NCBI GenBank assembly: GCA_964652185.1 | Contig: CAZZDD010000001.1 | Location: 20,407-84,406, forward strand | Direction: 5' to 3' | DNA length: 64,000 nucleotides | DNA from: an uncultured Candidatus Peribacteria bacterium | Lineage (GTDB): Bacteria > Patescibacteriota > Gracilibacteria > Peribacterales > Peribacteraceae | In this document: piece after piece, positions 45,412 through 53,549 of the stretch | Layout of the letters: each line of letters starts with the position of its first letter | Numbering within the stretch: position 1 is the stretch's first letter | Notes under the pieces: model-generated | Database searches by the model: none | What the model saw: the letters and a program-made list of their open reading frames with translations, nothing else | What the model was told of the DNA's origin: nothing | Position numbers and translations under genes: made by a program

Positions 45412-45713
45412 CGCTGCCTCACCATCAGTCGGATTGTGCGATCATCCTCGCGCCCTTGGTTCGTAACGATATGGCAAGTCACGTTATAGTTCGTGCCGGC
45501 AGTGCCACCGCTAATCCATGCGACGACAGCCGTGGACGTGCTAGCCAATGCGCTGCTGTCTACTGTAATGCCATCGTCAGCCGTGATTGTGTGGCTAGTG
45601 ATTATCTCCTCGGAGCCTAGCCAATCAGAATAGCCATAGCCATTTGTCAACGACTTCCAGTCCCACCGGTAATCAAGCGTTGCGTCGGGATCGTGTGTAA
45701 ATCTATCGCTCAT
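45408..45713 (-). CDS. conserved small phage protein (101 aa) with DxxLDYxWDW motif
   Basis: DPDATLDYRWDWKS...GTNYNVTCHIVTNQGREDDRTIRLMV. I recall this pattern from fibre-adjacent phage proteins. ATGA coupling. Confidence 0.5.
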   Translation of the reverse strand: MSDRFTHDPDATLDYRWDWKSLTNGYGYSDWLGSEEIITSHTITADDGITVDSSALASTSTAVVAWISGGTAGTNYNVTCHIVTNQGREDDRTIRLMVRQR

Positions 45714-45937
45714 GAGTAGTACACTCTCAATTCTCGCAGTGCCGCAAACACTCGTGACTCACGCAACACAGCGAAGATTCTGATCAATGGTGTGATGACA
45801 TCGGACACAGCGAATGGAATGTACGCACGTAGCAAGATCGCCCGATCTGTGCCATCCACCGTGCCATCTGCGCTTGGCAACATCCACACGGAAACGCCTA
45901 GCGCAGCGCGTCGCTTGGTTGCGGTATCAATCGCCAT
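45710..45937 (-). CDS. hypothetical protein (75 aa)
   Basis: ATG 45937 in TAATG overlap with upstream stop. Confidence 0.45.
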   Translation of the reverse strand: MAIDTATKRRAALGVSVWMLPSADGTVDGTDRAILLRAYIPFAVSDVITPLIRIFAVLRESRVFAALRELRVYYS

Positions 45938-47538
45938 TACGACCACTCGCCTTTGGTAAAGGTGTCACCGTCGTCAGTCACGGTTGCCGTGTTCTGTGCC
46001 GTCACGCCGTCGTCGGCGTACAGCGTTTGCGTGGTGGATGATTGCGTCAGCTTGTTACGTGCGAGCTTCATCAGCCATCCAATTTTTGCCGCCAATGAAG
46101 CGGTCGCGCTTGGCGTGCTTGTCGGTTCGGCGTAGGTGTCTACATTGAGCGTGTCCACTACCTGAGCGTTGACATCCGCTTTTGCCTGTGTGCCTAGGGC
46201 ATTGACCGTGCCGACCGTGACGCCACTTTGATCAGCCGCTAGACTGTAGCCCGCCTTGCTGCCACTTGCCACTACCACACCATCGGTGCCGGTATCAGCA
46301 AGCACATCGGCAATTGCCTTGCCAAGCGTGCCTGCTGTCGCATGTCCGCTCATCGCTTCGTCCAGAACAGCATCAGCAATCGCTGCCGCTGTCGGATCGT
46401 TGAGATTCGTGTTAGCCGTCAATGTACGTGTGCCATTTGCCCACACGTCAGCGGCGCTATGTGTGCTGAAACCACTTGCCGTCACCCACGCTGCATCACC
46501 ACGATCCCTCAACGCCTCCACGCTGTCCGTCGTGTTGGCGTAAGCACCTGTGCCCGATCCGCCATTAGCATTGATGGCCGTCAACTCAGTAGCGTTGTCG
46601 GTAGCAATAGCTGAATCCTTGCGGAACAACAATTGGAAGTATTTTAGAACCTTGCTGCTGAGTGTGGATATCGATGATGCCGTGGCAAGCGCTGCATCAC
46701 TGATTGCCGCGTCAACCGTGGCGTTAATTTCCGCTACAGCATCGGCAGCCAGCGCATCAGCGTCAATGGCATCGGTAGCAATGGTTGCAGCCGTAATCGC
46801 GCCGGTGGCAATAGTCACACCGTTTGTGACACTCGCCACACTGCCAACGACATTGCCGCCAACGTTGCCCGTCACCGACGCTGCTATTGGCGTCGCTGCT
46901 GTCGCTGCCGTGGTGACAGAGGCTTTCATGGTTGCAGTAAGATCACCGTTCGTCGGCGCATTGGTTAGATTTGTGACGGTGGTGATTGTGCCCGCCGTGA
47001 TATTGGTTGGCGTAGCTAATCCGCTCTGAATTTCGGCTATGGCATCCGATGCCACCTTGGCGGCAGTGATGGCGTCGCTGGCGATCTTTGCCGCAGTGAT
47101 AGCACCATCGACAAGACCCGCAGCAGTCACAGATGGGATCACGTTATTGGTGCCAGCGTAACCCGTGCCATCGAAGAAAGCTTCAGCGTTATCGGCTGCG
47201 GTTGCATCGCCGCTGATCTGCCCAACATCCACACGGACATCACCAAGCTCTTCGGGATAGATGGTAATCACGGCAGTTTTTGCATCCGACTTGACGATTA
47301 CCGCAATCGTGTCGCCGTTCATTTCGCCGCTGCTCAGGTCTAAGTAGTAGACGCCGCTGGCCGTGGCAATCTCGGTCGCTTCGTTCGTGCAGTCTGAGAA
47401 AGTGCCGCCATCAATCGATACTTCGCTGTCAAGCCCCGCCGCGCCGGTCTTCAGATTGCCGTCCGCGTCGAAGATGGGGAACGTTACTCGAAACGCTGTG
47501 TTTTTTCTTGGAATCGGACGGGAATCACTCGCTGCCAT
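45937..47538 (-). CDS. fibre/spike-like protein (533 aa)
   Basis: N-terminal beta-rich module, then VDVGQISGDATAADNAEAFFDGTGY and long Ala/Thr-rich repeats (DAITAAKIASDAITAAKVASDAIA). Confidence 0.6.
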   Translation of the reverse strand: MAASDSRPIPRKNTAFRVTFPIFDADGNLKTGAAGLDSEVSIDGGTFSDCTNEATEIATASGVYYLDLSSGEMNGDTIAVIVKSDAKTAVITIYPEELGDVRVDVGQISGDATAADNAEAFFDGTGYAGTNNVIPSVTAAGLVDGAITAAKIASDAITAAKVASDAIAEIQSGLATPTNITAGTITTVTNLTNAPTNGDLTATMKASVTTAATAATPIAASVTGNVGGNVVGSVASVTNGVTIATGAITAATIATDAIDADALAADAVAEINATVDAAISDAALATASSISTLSSKVLKYFQLLFRKDSAIATDNATELTAINANGGSGTGAYANTTDSVEALRDRGDAAWVTASGFSTHSAADVWANGTRTLTANTNLNDPTAAAIADAVLDEAMSGHATAGTLGKAIADVLADTGTDGVVVASGSKAGYSLAADQSGVTVGTVNALGTQAKADVNAQVVDTLNVDTYAEPTSTPSATASLAAKIGWLMKLARNKLTQSSTTQTLYADDGVTAQNTATVTDDGDTFTKGEWS

Positions 47539-47541
47539 TGA

Positions 47542-47865
47542 TTAGCTCCCTACAACCTCTTTAAGTTGCGCTTGCAGTGCAGCTTTCGCCGTGTTCAGCG
47601 CTGCCACGGTGTTTGTGTGTTCGGTGCGGTGCACATCAAACGCGTCCTGCGCCGACTCAATCTGCGCATTGACCGCGCTGATCTTGGTCGTGATGCCGCC
47701 AACGCTGACGATTGCGCCAACGTCAGACGCATCTAGCTCTGCCTGAACCGCAGCGCCAACCAACGCACCAAGGTACGCCGCAAATTCAGTTACACTTGCG
47801 CCAGATGCGATTTGAGCATCGGCAAGTGCGTCGATTAAGTCTGTTTGCTGCTGTGTTGTTGCCAT
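47542..47865 (-). CDS. Ala-rich coiled-coil protein (107 aa)
   Basis: Co-oriented ORF, helical composition. Confidence 0.5.
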   Translation of the reverse strand: MATTQQQTDLIDALADAQIASGASVTEFAAYLGALVGAAVQAELDASDVGAIVSVGGITTKISAVNAQIESAQDAFDVHRTEHTNTVAALNTAKAALQAQLKEVVGS

Positions 47866-47883
47866 GATTGTCTCCTATGAAAT

Positions 47884-48582
47884 CTAGAGTAGGTTCATCG
47901 CTGTTGTGAGTGCCGCTACGTCCGCGCCGCTTAGTGTGGTTGAGTAGATGGCGAGAGCTTGGACTTTGCAATTAGTGTATTGGGCTGGTGCGCCAAACAA
48001 ATTCAGCGCACCAATAAATATCGATAGCGCTGAGGCGGAACCGCCGGCCGCAATGGCATTGCTCTCTGCTGTGCCATTGCGATATGGATTTTTACCAGCA
48101 ATCGCATATATGCCACCGAATAATTGCGGCGTGTTTGTACATGCCACTCCAGCGCCGTTGAATGTGATAACGTTGCTGGTGTTGAGCTGGATCAAAAATG
48201 TTTTACCGGTATCGTATGTGCCAACAATTGTAGATGACGCGCCGACAGTTGCATTGGAGTATCGAGCGATCAGTGACCAATTGGGGATGTTGGCATTGTT
48301 TATCCCAGTAGTCAGATACTGGCTCGTGCCGTTGAACGTCCACCCGTCCACGCTGCCGTGTGTCGGCGCAACCCCCGGCGCGGCGTTGTATGTGCCAGGA
48401 TTGGCAAGATTGATATAACTGCTTGCAAGGTCAGCAGACCCCTTCGGCTGATAAGCTGCCACGCACGTCTGCCCCGCCACGTCCCACCAGTTTGACGCTG
48501 CTGCGCTACCCCGTCCGCTGCCGATCTGCACTCCCATCCCAGGCAGCACGACAGGTCGCCCCGGTCGAATAATCATCATCAA
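47884..48582 (-). CDS. LamG/concanavalin-A-like lectin domain protein (232 aa)
   Basis: GWTFNGTSQYLTT...WSLIARYSN...TFLIQL...YAIAGKNPYRNG...IGALN...KVQALAIYSTTLSGADV is laminin-G_3-like. TTG 48582 or ATG 48579 start. Confidence 0.6.
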   Translation of the reverse strand: MMMIIRPGRPVVLPGMGVQIGSGRGSAAASNWWDVAGQTCVAAYQPKGSADLASSYINLANPGTYNAAPGVAPTHGSVDGWTFNGTSQYLTTGINNANIPNWSLIARYSNATVGASSTIVGTYDTGKTFLIQLNTSNVITFNGAGVACTNTPQLFGGIYAIAGKNPYRNGTAESNAIAAGGSASALSIFIGALNLFGAPAQYTNCKVQALAIYSTTLSGADVAALTTAMNLL

Positions 48583-48701
48583 TTAAACCCAGCCCCATTC
48601 ATGAACTCATCGATCAGTGCGTACAGCGCTTTTCTTGCCATGATAGCCACCACAACCAATGTCACTACCACGCCAACGCCAATCCACAATAATGCCGTCA
48701 T
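48579..48701 (-). CDS. mini membrane protein (40 aa)
   Basis: Below track cutoff. ATGA overlap with the upstream mini-ORF. One TM helix (LLWIGVGVVVTLVVVAIM). Confidence 0.4.
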   Translation of the reverse strand: MTALLWIGVGVVVTLVVVAIMARKALYALIDEFMNGAGFN

Positions 48702-48781
48702 TCATTCTCGCCTTTCACCCACAGCCACGCCACGAACAGGATCGCAGCGATGATGGCGGCCACGAGCCTGATGGCTAGCAT
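48698..48781 (-). CDS. mini membrane protein (27 aa)
   Basis: Below track cutoff. ATG 1 nt after the upstream TAA. One TM helix (LAIRLVAAIIAAILFVAWLWV). Confidence 0.35.
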   Translation of the reverse strand: MLAIRLVAAIIAAILFVAWLWVKGENE

Positions 48782-48782
48782 G

Positions 48783-49034
48783 TTAGCCTAGCAATAGTTT
48801 GCTGATCTTGCTGCGTTGCGTAGGCGCATCACCCATACCGCGAGATTGGGCGGATGGCTCATCGGTGCTTGCAGCGACAACGATGAACTTTAGCAATGTT
48901 GGAATTGTCGCCAACAGAATCGGTGCCCACACGTATTCACCGCCGGGGTTACCTGTGGCAAAATATGTAGTTGCCCAAGTCGCGATGGCTAATACCAAGC
49001 TGTACACGATCCCTGGAACTTTGATTTCACTCAT
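48783..49034 (-). CDS. holin-like membrane protein (83 aa)
   Basis: Two or three hydrophobic helices and a charged C-terminal tail. Function is inferred. Confidence 0.45.
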   Translation of the reverse strand: MSEIKVPGIVYSLVLAIATWATTYFATGNPGGEYVWAPILLATIPTLLKFIVVAASTDEPSAQSRGMGDAPTQRSKISKLLLG

Positions 49035-49055
49035 CTTATTCTCCTTGTATCAAAA

Positions 49056-49823
49056 CTATCTCAATACTAACTTTTCCGCTTGCTTGTAGTCTAGTGCCAA
49101 CTTTGCCTCGTCCACCGCCTGCTGTACCGGCAGCCCCGCGGCGAACAACTTATAAAACTCTTGTGCAAATTCGATAGCTGCATCGTCTTCGATTTCGCCG
49201 CTCACCGCCACCACGTGCTGAACGCCTGCACGCTTCATTGCATCTGCTACACTCTCGTCACTGAAACACGCTAGTATGACAGCTACGCGGATGCCTCGAT
49301 TCTTTAATGCTCTTTGCCACCACCCCGCCGTCAGCTCATGCTGATCGATAAATATGGCATCAGCATCACCATGTGCACCGATCTCTATTACAGTGATATT
49401 GCCCTGACGCAACTCTCGCAAAATATTAGCTTTCGTAGCTGCATCACCGATTAGCGTTCTATACTCGAATCCGGCATCATAGATGGCGTCTCGCTCTGCC
49501 ATCGTGTCAAGATTATCGCCACTCCAAATGCCAAGTATCGTTACCTCCGACACATGATTCACCTGTTTGCGCAGCGTGTTGATCTCTTGCTCTAATCTCG
49601 CTCTATCCTGTCGCAGTTCCTCTATTTCCCGCTTTGCTTGATTCACTTCAATCAGCAACGTATTCCGCTCATCTCGCAGCCATGCAACTTGCTTTTTCAA
49701 TTCCTGGATTTCCATTGCTGTACTGGCTGTGTTTGGAATCCAACCACGCCGTATACTAATTACAAAAACGACAAATAGCAGCAATGAAAACATCAACGAC
49801 AATACAAAAAACCACCCACTCAT
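49056..49823 (-). CDS. membrane-anchored coiled-coil protein with C-terminal CHAT (caspase-like) domain (255 aa)
   Basis: N-terminal TM (FFVLSLMFSLLLFVVFVISI RR). Heptad coiled coil (aa ~37-90). CHAT-like core VIEIGAHGDAD (H151) ... IRVAVILACFSDE (C186) ... AGVQHVVAVSGEIEDDAAIEFAQEFYKLFAAG. Confidence 0.65.
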   Translation of the reverse strand: MSGWFFVLSLMFSLLLFVVFVISIRRGWIPNTASTAMEIQELKKQVAWLRDERNTLLIEVNQAKREIEELRQDRARLEQEINTLRKQVNHVSEVTILGIWSGDNLDTMAERDAIYDAGFEYRTLIGDAATKANILRELRQGNITVIEIGAHGDADAIFIDQHELTAGWWQRALKNRGIRVAVILACFSDESVADAMKRAGVQHVVAVSGEIEDDAAIEFAQEFYKLFAAGLPVQQAVDEAKLALDYKQAEKLVLR

Positions 49824-50125
49824 CTTCGGTTCCAGACCTGTCTAATCACATAGACGATAGCTATAATCGCTAGAATGGTTAGCAGCGGTGTGGTTACGTA
49901 GAGTAAAATCCATTCCTGTCGAAAAATAACACTTTGAAAAAACGATAACATGATTAATGCAACGCAGAGATGCAGCATAGACACAAGTACCGAAGATCTT
50001 GTCCAATTGTGCGCTGCTCGAAAAATCGACACTAGCATAATAACGAGATAATCCAGAAGTCGGATAAGCCTAGCAAGATCTTCAATATCCATCAGCATCC
50101 CTGCAATGTGTGCGTCAAATCTCAA
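49820..50125 (-). CDS. three-helix membrane protein (about 90-101 aa)
   Basis: Three hydrophobic segments. ATGA-coupled to the CHAT gene. Start uncertain: TTG 50125 or ATG 50098/50092. Confidence 0.5.
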   Translation of the reverse strand: MRFDAHIAGMLMDIEDLARLIRLLDYLVIMLVSIFRAAHNWTRSSVLVSMLHLCVALIMLSFFQSVIFRQEWILLYVTTPLLTILAIIAIVYVIRQVWNRR

Positions 50126-50136
50126 AAAATCTTTGC

Positions 50137-51294
50137 CTACTTTGCTCTATAATCAGCGTTGTATTGTTCTAGCTTTTCCACGGCCAACTCTAGGCTGTCA
50201 TATCCGGTCATGCCATGCTCAGGATGAAAAATCACAGTAACGGCAGTGCTTTTGTTTGCCTCTGCAAAGCCAATCTTAGTGGCGAATTGATCGTAAACCT
50301 TGTACGCTCCACAAATCACGGCTAGCCCCGTTTCACCGCCTGCGTTGAACTGTCTCGATAGTCCGCTTACGTGCGTATGGGCTCCAACGCCCAACCGAAA
50401 CGGCTTCGCCTGATCTCGCTCAAATGCTCGCTCAATACCATGTGTCGGATTCAGCACACTGTGGTATTGCCATTTGTGTCGAATGCGTGCCGGCACAACA
50501 AGTGATCCAACTTCGATATTTACTAGCAGCTCATCAGTGTGGTAGAGCACATCCGGTCGAACGCTAGACAACGCATTGCGCAACTGATCGACTCCGCTCA
50601 TTGCCGCTGTCCATTGATCGTGATTTCCACTGACAACCGCCAGCAACTTCGGTCCAATGATCTCTAGGTACATCTTGGCAAGCGCCCATTCCTCTGGGAT
50701 CGTTGTGCTCGTGAACAGCCGTAGCGATAATAATTTGCTAACGATAAAATTATCAACCAAGTCACCGACGTTGATAGCGTAAAGATTGTCGGTGTCAGCA
50801 ATCAGTGAAGCCTCAGCAAACATTCGTTCGTAATCCACGCCTTCGCCCCCGATGTGATTGTCCGCTGCGAATGCAATGCCAATCGGACGATTCGGAAAGC
50901 GTATGAACTGATTGCGCCGTCGGTCCATTGAGTTACGCAATGCGTTAAACCGTGCAATGGATCGCTCTAGTACCGCCCTTGCGTCTGGCAATTGTTCGCC
51001 GGCTGTCACGCCTTGAATCTCAACTATGCCATCGTTCGGAATTGAACCAAGTCGGGCTCTTACCGCCTCCCTAACTTCAGGATTGCGAACCATCAATCCA
51101 CGCCATGCACCCGGTGTATAGTCGAGTCCTAATGCTTGATTCGTGCCCATGCCAGCAGCCGCAACGGAAGTGTATAGCGGTGCCAGTTCAACAATCTTTC
51201 GTAATGCTTCATCTCGCAGTGCCGTGTTAGTGTTGGCGTCAATGTTGTCGGTTGGCTCTGCGGCGTCGGTCGGGATTTGCGCCGCTTCTGTCAA
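50137..51294 (-). CDS. metallophosphoesterase (calcineurin-like)
   Basis: Motifs in order: AADNHIGG, NVGDLVDN, VVSGNHDQW, GVGAHTHV. TTG 51294 lies 8 nt after GGAGG. About 140-aa N-terminal extension without motif. Confidence 0.8.
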   Translation of the reverse strand: MTEAAQIPTDAAEPTDNIDANTNTALRDEALRKIVELAPLYTSVAAAGMGTNQALGLDYTPGAWRGLMVRNPEVREAVRARLGSIPNDGIVEIQGVTAGEQLPDARAVLERSIARFNALRNSMDRRRNQFIRFPNRPIGIAFAADNHIGGEGVDYERMFAEASLIADTDNLYAINVGDLVDNFIVSKLLSLRLFTSTTIPEEWALAKMYLEIIGPKLLAVVSGNHDQWTAAMSGVDQLRNALSSVRPDVLYHTDELLVNIEVGSLVVPARIRHKWQYHSVLNPTHGIERAFERDQAKPFRLGVGAHTHVSGLSRQFNAGGETGLAVICGAYKVYDQFATKIGFAEANKSTAVTVIFHPEHGMTGYDSLELAVEKLEQYNADYRAK

Positions 51295-51363
51295 AAAATT
51301 TACCTCCAAAATGGTGGGGCGACAACGGAGTTGCACCGCTCACCGGCTGACCGGTTCTCAAAG

Positions 51364-51606
51364 TTACTGCTCGTTCCCGCCGTCGGGAAGATTGCGTATC
51401 AGGTTGCTAGCCGCTTCGATCTCTTCTTGCGTAAAGAGTTCCGCTAATAATCCACAGACCTTCGATTGCATGTCTGCCACGGACATATGGTTGTACATTT
51501 CGCTGTATTGCGTGGCGTACGTCCACAGTTCAGCGCACAAGATGACCGCACGGGATGACCTGCTAAACAATCTCATCCACATCGGGCCATTCGTCCATAC
51601 CTTCAA
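51364..51606 (-). CDS. hypothetical protein (up to 80 aa), start uncertain
   Basis: The ORF overlaps the upstream gene by 44 nt if started at 51606. No clear SD. Confidence 0.35.
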   Translation of the reverse strand: MKVWTNGPMWMRLFSRSSRAVILCAELWTYATQYSEMYNHMSVADMQSKVCGLLAELFTQEEIEAASNLIRNLPDGGNEQ

Positions 51607-52108
51607 GGATAAGGCGCACTTGCCGTGCTATTACAGCGTTATTCCTTACCACACGGTTCGCCATTATCAGTGCATCTTCACTGTATCGCACTATCGGGGT
51701 CTCTATATCAATTAGCATGTTGAACAATAAGTCAATTTTCTCGACGGAGATTGAGCGCCACGCCGGTTTATTGCAGCGTTCGGGTATATCGTCTACCGAA
51801 TTGTAGACAGTCATACCCATGCGATTGGCTTCGCGCTCTTCCTCGCTTGCGCCTGTGCTGTCGCCGTCTAGCCTCAACATCGCATCGCACATATTGAGCC
51901 ACTCCATGCAGTACTCCATCCAAAATGCATGATCGTGTTGGTGAAGCTCTTGCCAGTAATGCGACAGTAGCGGCAAGAATGGCGTGTGCCCGCGGCGTGA
52001 TAGTTCCTCCGCTGCATCAATGCTGCGATTCACATTGGCGATCAGCACAGCGGGATCGGCGATGGTGTCGCCGTTGCTATATGGTGACGAAATGAAGATT
52101 CTCACCAA
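51563..52108 (-). CDS. DUF4406 / nucleoside 2-deoxyribosyltransferase-like protein with C-terminal extension (181 aa)
   Basis: RIFISSPYSNG...AAEELSRRGHTPFLP...WMEYCMEWLNMCDAMLRLDGDSTGASEEEREANRMG follows the DUF4406 pattern (I-x-G-P ... CD-x-x-x-x-L-x-G-W-x-x-S-x-G-A-x-x-E). Confidence 0.55.
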   Translation of the reverse strand: MVRIFISSPYSNGDTIADPAVLIANVNRSIDAAEELSRRGHTPFLPLLSHYWQELHQHDHAFWMEYCMEWLNMCDAMLRLDGDSTGASEEEREANRMGMTVYNSVDDIPERCNKPAWRSISVEKIDLLFNMLIDIETPIVRYSEDALIMANRVVRNNAVIARQVRLILEGMDEWPDVDEIV

Positions 52109-52191
52109 CCCCCCAGTGCCTTAGTCATCAGTGCGAAGAAGCCAGCCAAGACCAGCACGACAACGCACGAGATGATTTGTATTGTGGTCAT
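52102..52191 (-). CDS. mini membrane protein (29 aa)
   Basis: Below track cutoff. ATGA overlap upstream and GTGA overlap downstream. One TM helix. Confidence 0.35.
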   Translation of the reverse strand: MTTIQIISCVVVLVLAGFFALMTKALGGW

Positions 52192-52466
52192 AGTTCGCCG
52201 CCAAGATGTGCCCGAATCATAGAAAAGCTCCTATCACGCACCAATACCATTGTGTAGATCCCAACTCGTGTACCCCAAAATCGACACTCAAGCTTGATAA
52301 GCCAGTGAGGGAACATGCACAATGCTACCACTCTTGGCGACTTCATTAGCCGCCACCCATCATAGTTGTCGAAATGCCATGATTGCCACAATAGCCAGCT
52401 CTGCATGAGCATGAGTAACGGACATGTGTATGGGTGATTCAGCAAGTAAGGTTTTCGTTGCTTCAT
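52188..52466 (-). CDS. hypothetical Trp-rich protein (92 aa)
   Basis: ATGA coupling. Unusual composition. An alternative-frame ORF exists at 52360..52602. Confidence 0.4.
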   Translation of the reverse strand: MKQRKPYLLNHPYTCPLLMLMQSWLLWQSWHFDNYDGWRLMKSPRVVALCMFPHWLIKLECRFWGTRVGIYTMVLVRDRSFSMIRAHLGGEL

Positions 52467-52657
52467 AATTCAGCATCAACCCATTTCCAGCCAAGCAACA
52501 ATCGGTGCATCCAGCGGTGAAACCAGTTCGGACGCACCGTTGCGCCAATCCATACGTATGGCAAAATCTGCCAACCTCCAACGGTCGTGTGGCTATTAAC
52601 AAAACTTACGCCCCGTGTAGATTCCGTGCCCACCGTGTATTGATCGTATGAACTCAT
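52463..52657 (-). CDS. hypothetical protein (64 aa)
   Basis: ATGA coupling on both sides. Confidence 0.4.
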   Translation of the reverse strand: MSSYDQYTVGTESTRGVSFVNSHTTVGGWQILPYVWIGATVRPNWFHRWMHRLLLGWKWVDAEL

Positions 52658-53226
52658 AGCTCACCTTCAAACGCCATCGCCCACCGCTCAAGCTTTTGCA
52701 CTCGATTGCGAAGATCCGCAACCTCTTGCGTTAGTTCGTTGGTTGGCGGAAGGACTGGATCGGGATCCGTCGGTGGCGGTGTGACTGGCGACATATGCCG
52801 CTTGAACCTAATGTAGAAAGAATGGTGACCGAAACTGTTCCAGTTCTCACGATTTGGTCCATGCTCATCAGCGTGCCGCGTGTGAATGCCTGTAACGACA
52901 TCGCTATCCAACCCAGATCCAACCATGTAGATCGACACAGTATCATTGGCATATAAATCTACAACGCCGTCGCCCTTTTCCATCGGGCCATCGTTTTTAT
53001 CCAACTTCCGCAATTCTTCGGCACTCTGCGGGCTGCGCCGAAATGCCATGCGCAAATCATCGTCGCGTACACGGTTGCCATGATCGTCAACTGCATCAAC
53101 GTAAATAGCATGACCACCACGATTTTCGCTTGGCGACAAGTGACGTATTTCTTCCACATGCCAGGCAAAAGGCGTCTTAACCGTAGCTAGTCTTACGTCG
53201 TACGCTTCAGCTTGATTCACTGTCAT
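52654..53226 (-). CDS. hypothetical protein (190 aa) with Pro-rich linker and C-terminal coiled coil
   Basis: ATG 53226 in ATGA overlap with upstream stop. Confidence 0.55.
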   Translation of the reverse strand: MTVNQAEAYDVRLATVKTPFAWHVEEIRHLSPSENRGGHAIYVDAVDDHGNRVRDDDLRMAFRRSPQSAEELRKLDKNDGPMEKGDGVVDLYANDTVSIYMVGSGLDSDVVTGIHTRHADEHGPNRENWNSFGHHSFYIRFKRHMSPVTPPPTDPDPVLPPTNELTQEVADLRNRVQKLERWAMAFEGEL

Positions 53227-53549
53227 CCGCTCACCCACCCCAACCATTTCCATAACGCATCATTCGTAATATCGTCAGTCCCGCAATCGTCCGACTCGTC
53301 AATCTCATAGTAGATATACGCCGCATATTCATCGCTGCTTGGCACCACCAACCGGATCGCCCGCTGCCCGTGCCGCCATTCAATCCGCACCTCGCCACCG
53401 CCGCTCGTGTGCGCTTTACCGATCATCTTCGTTTCGCCAGCTTCGTTGATCAGCCGCTTGGCTGTGGCTACGGCGTAAGCGGATGGCGGTACGTCGGCTG
53501 ACTGTAATTCGTCAATGGCAGCGAAGGTCCATTGTGTGCCGGTCTTCAA
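53223..53549 (-). CDS. hypothetical protein (108 aa)
   Basis: TTG start in TTGA overlap. Confidence 0.5.
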   Translation of the reverse strand: MKTGTQWTFAAIDELQSADVPPSAYAVATAKRLINEAGETKMIGKAHTSGGGEVRIEWRHGQRAIRLVVPSSDEYAAYIYYEIDESDDCGTDDITNDALWKWLGWVSG

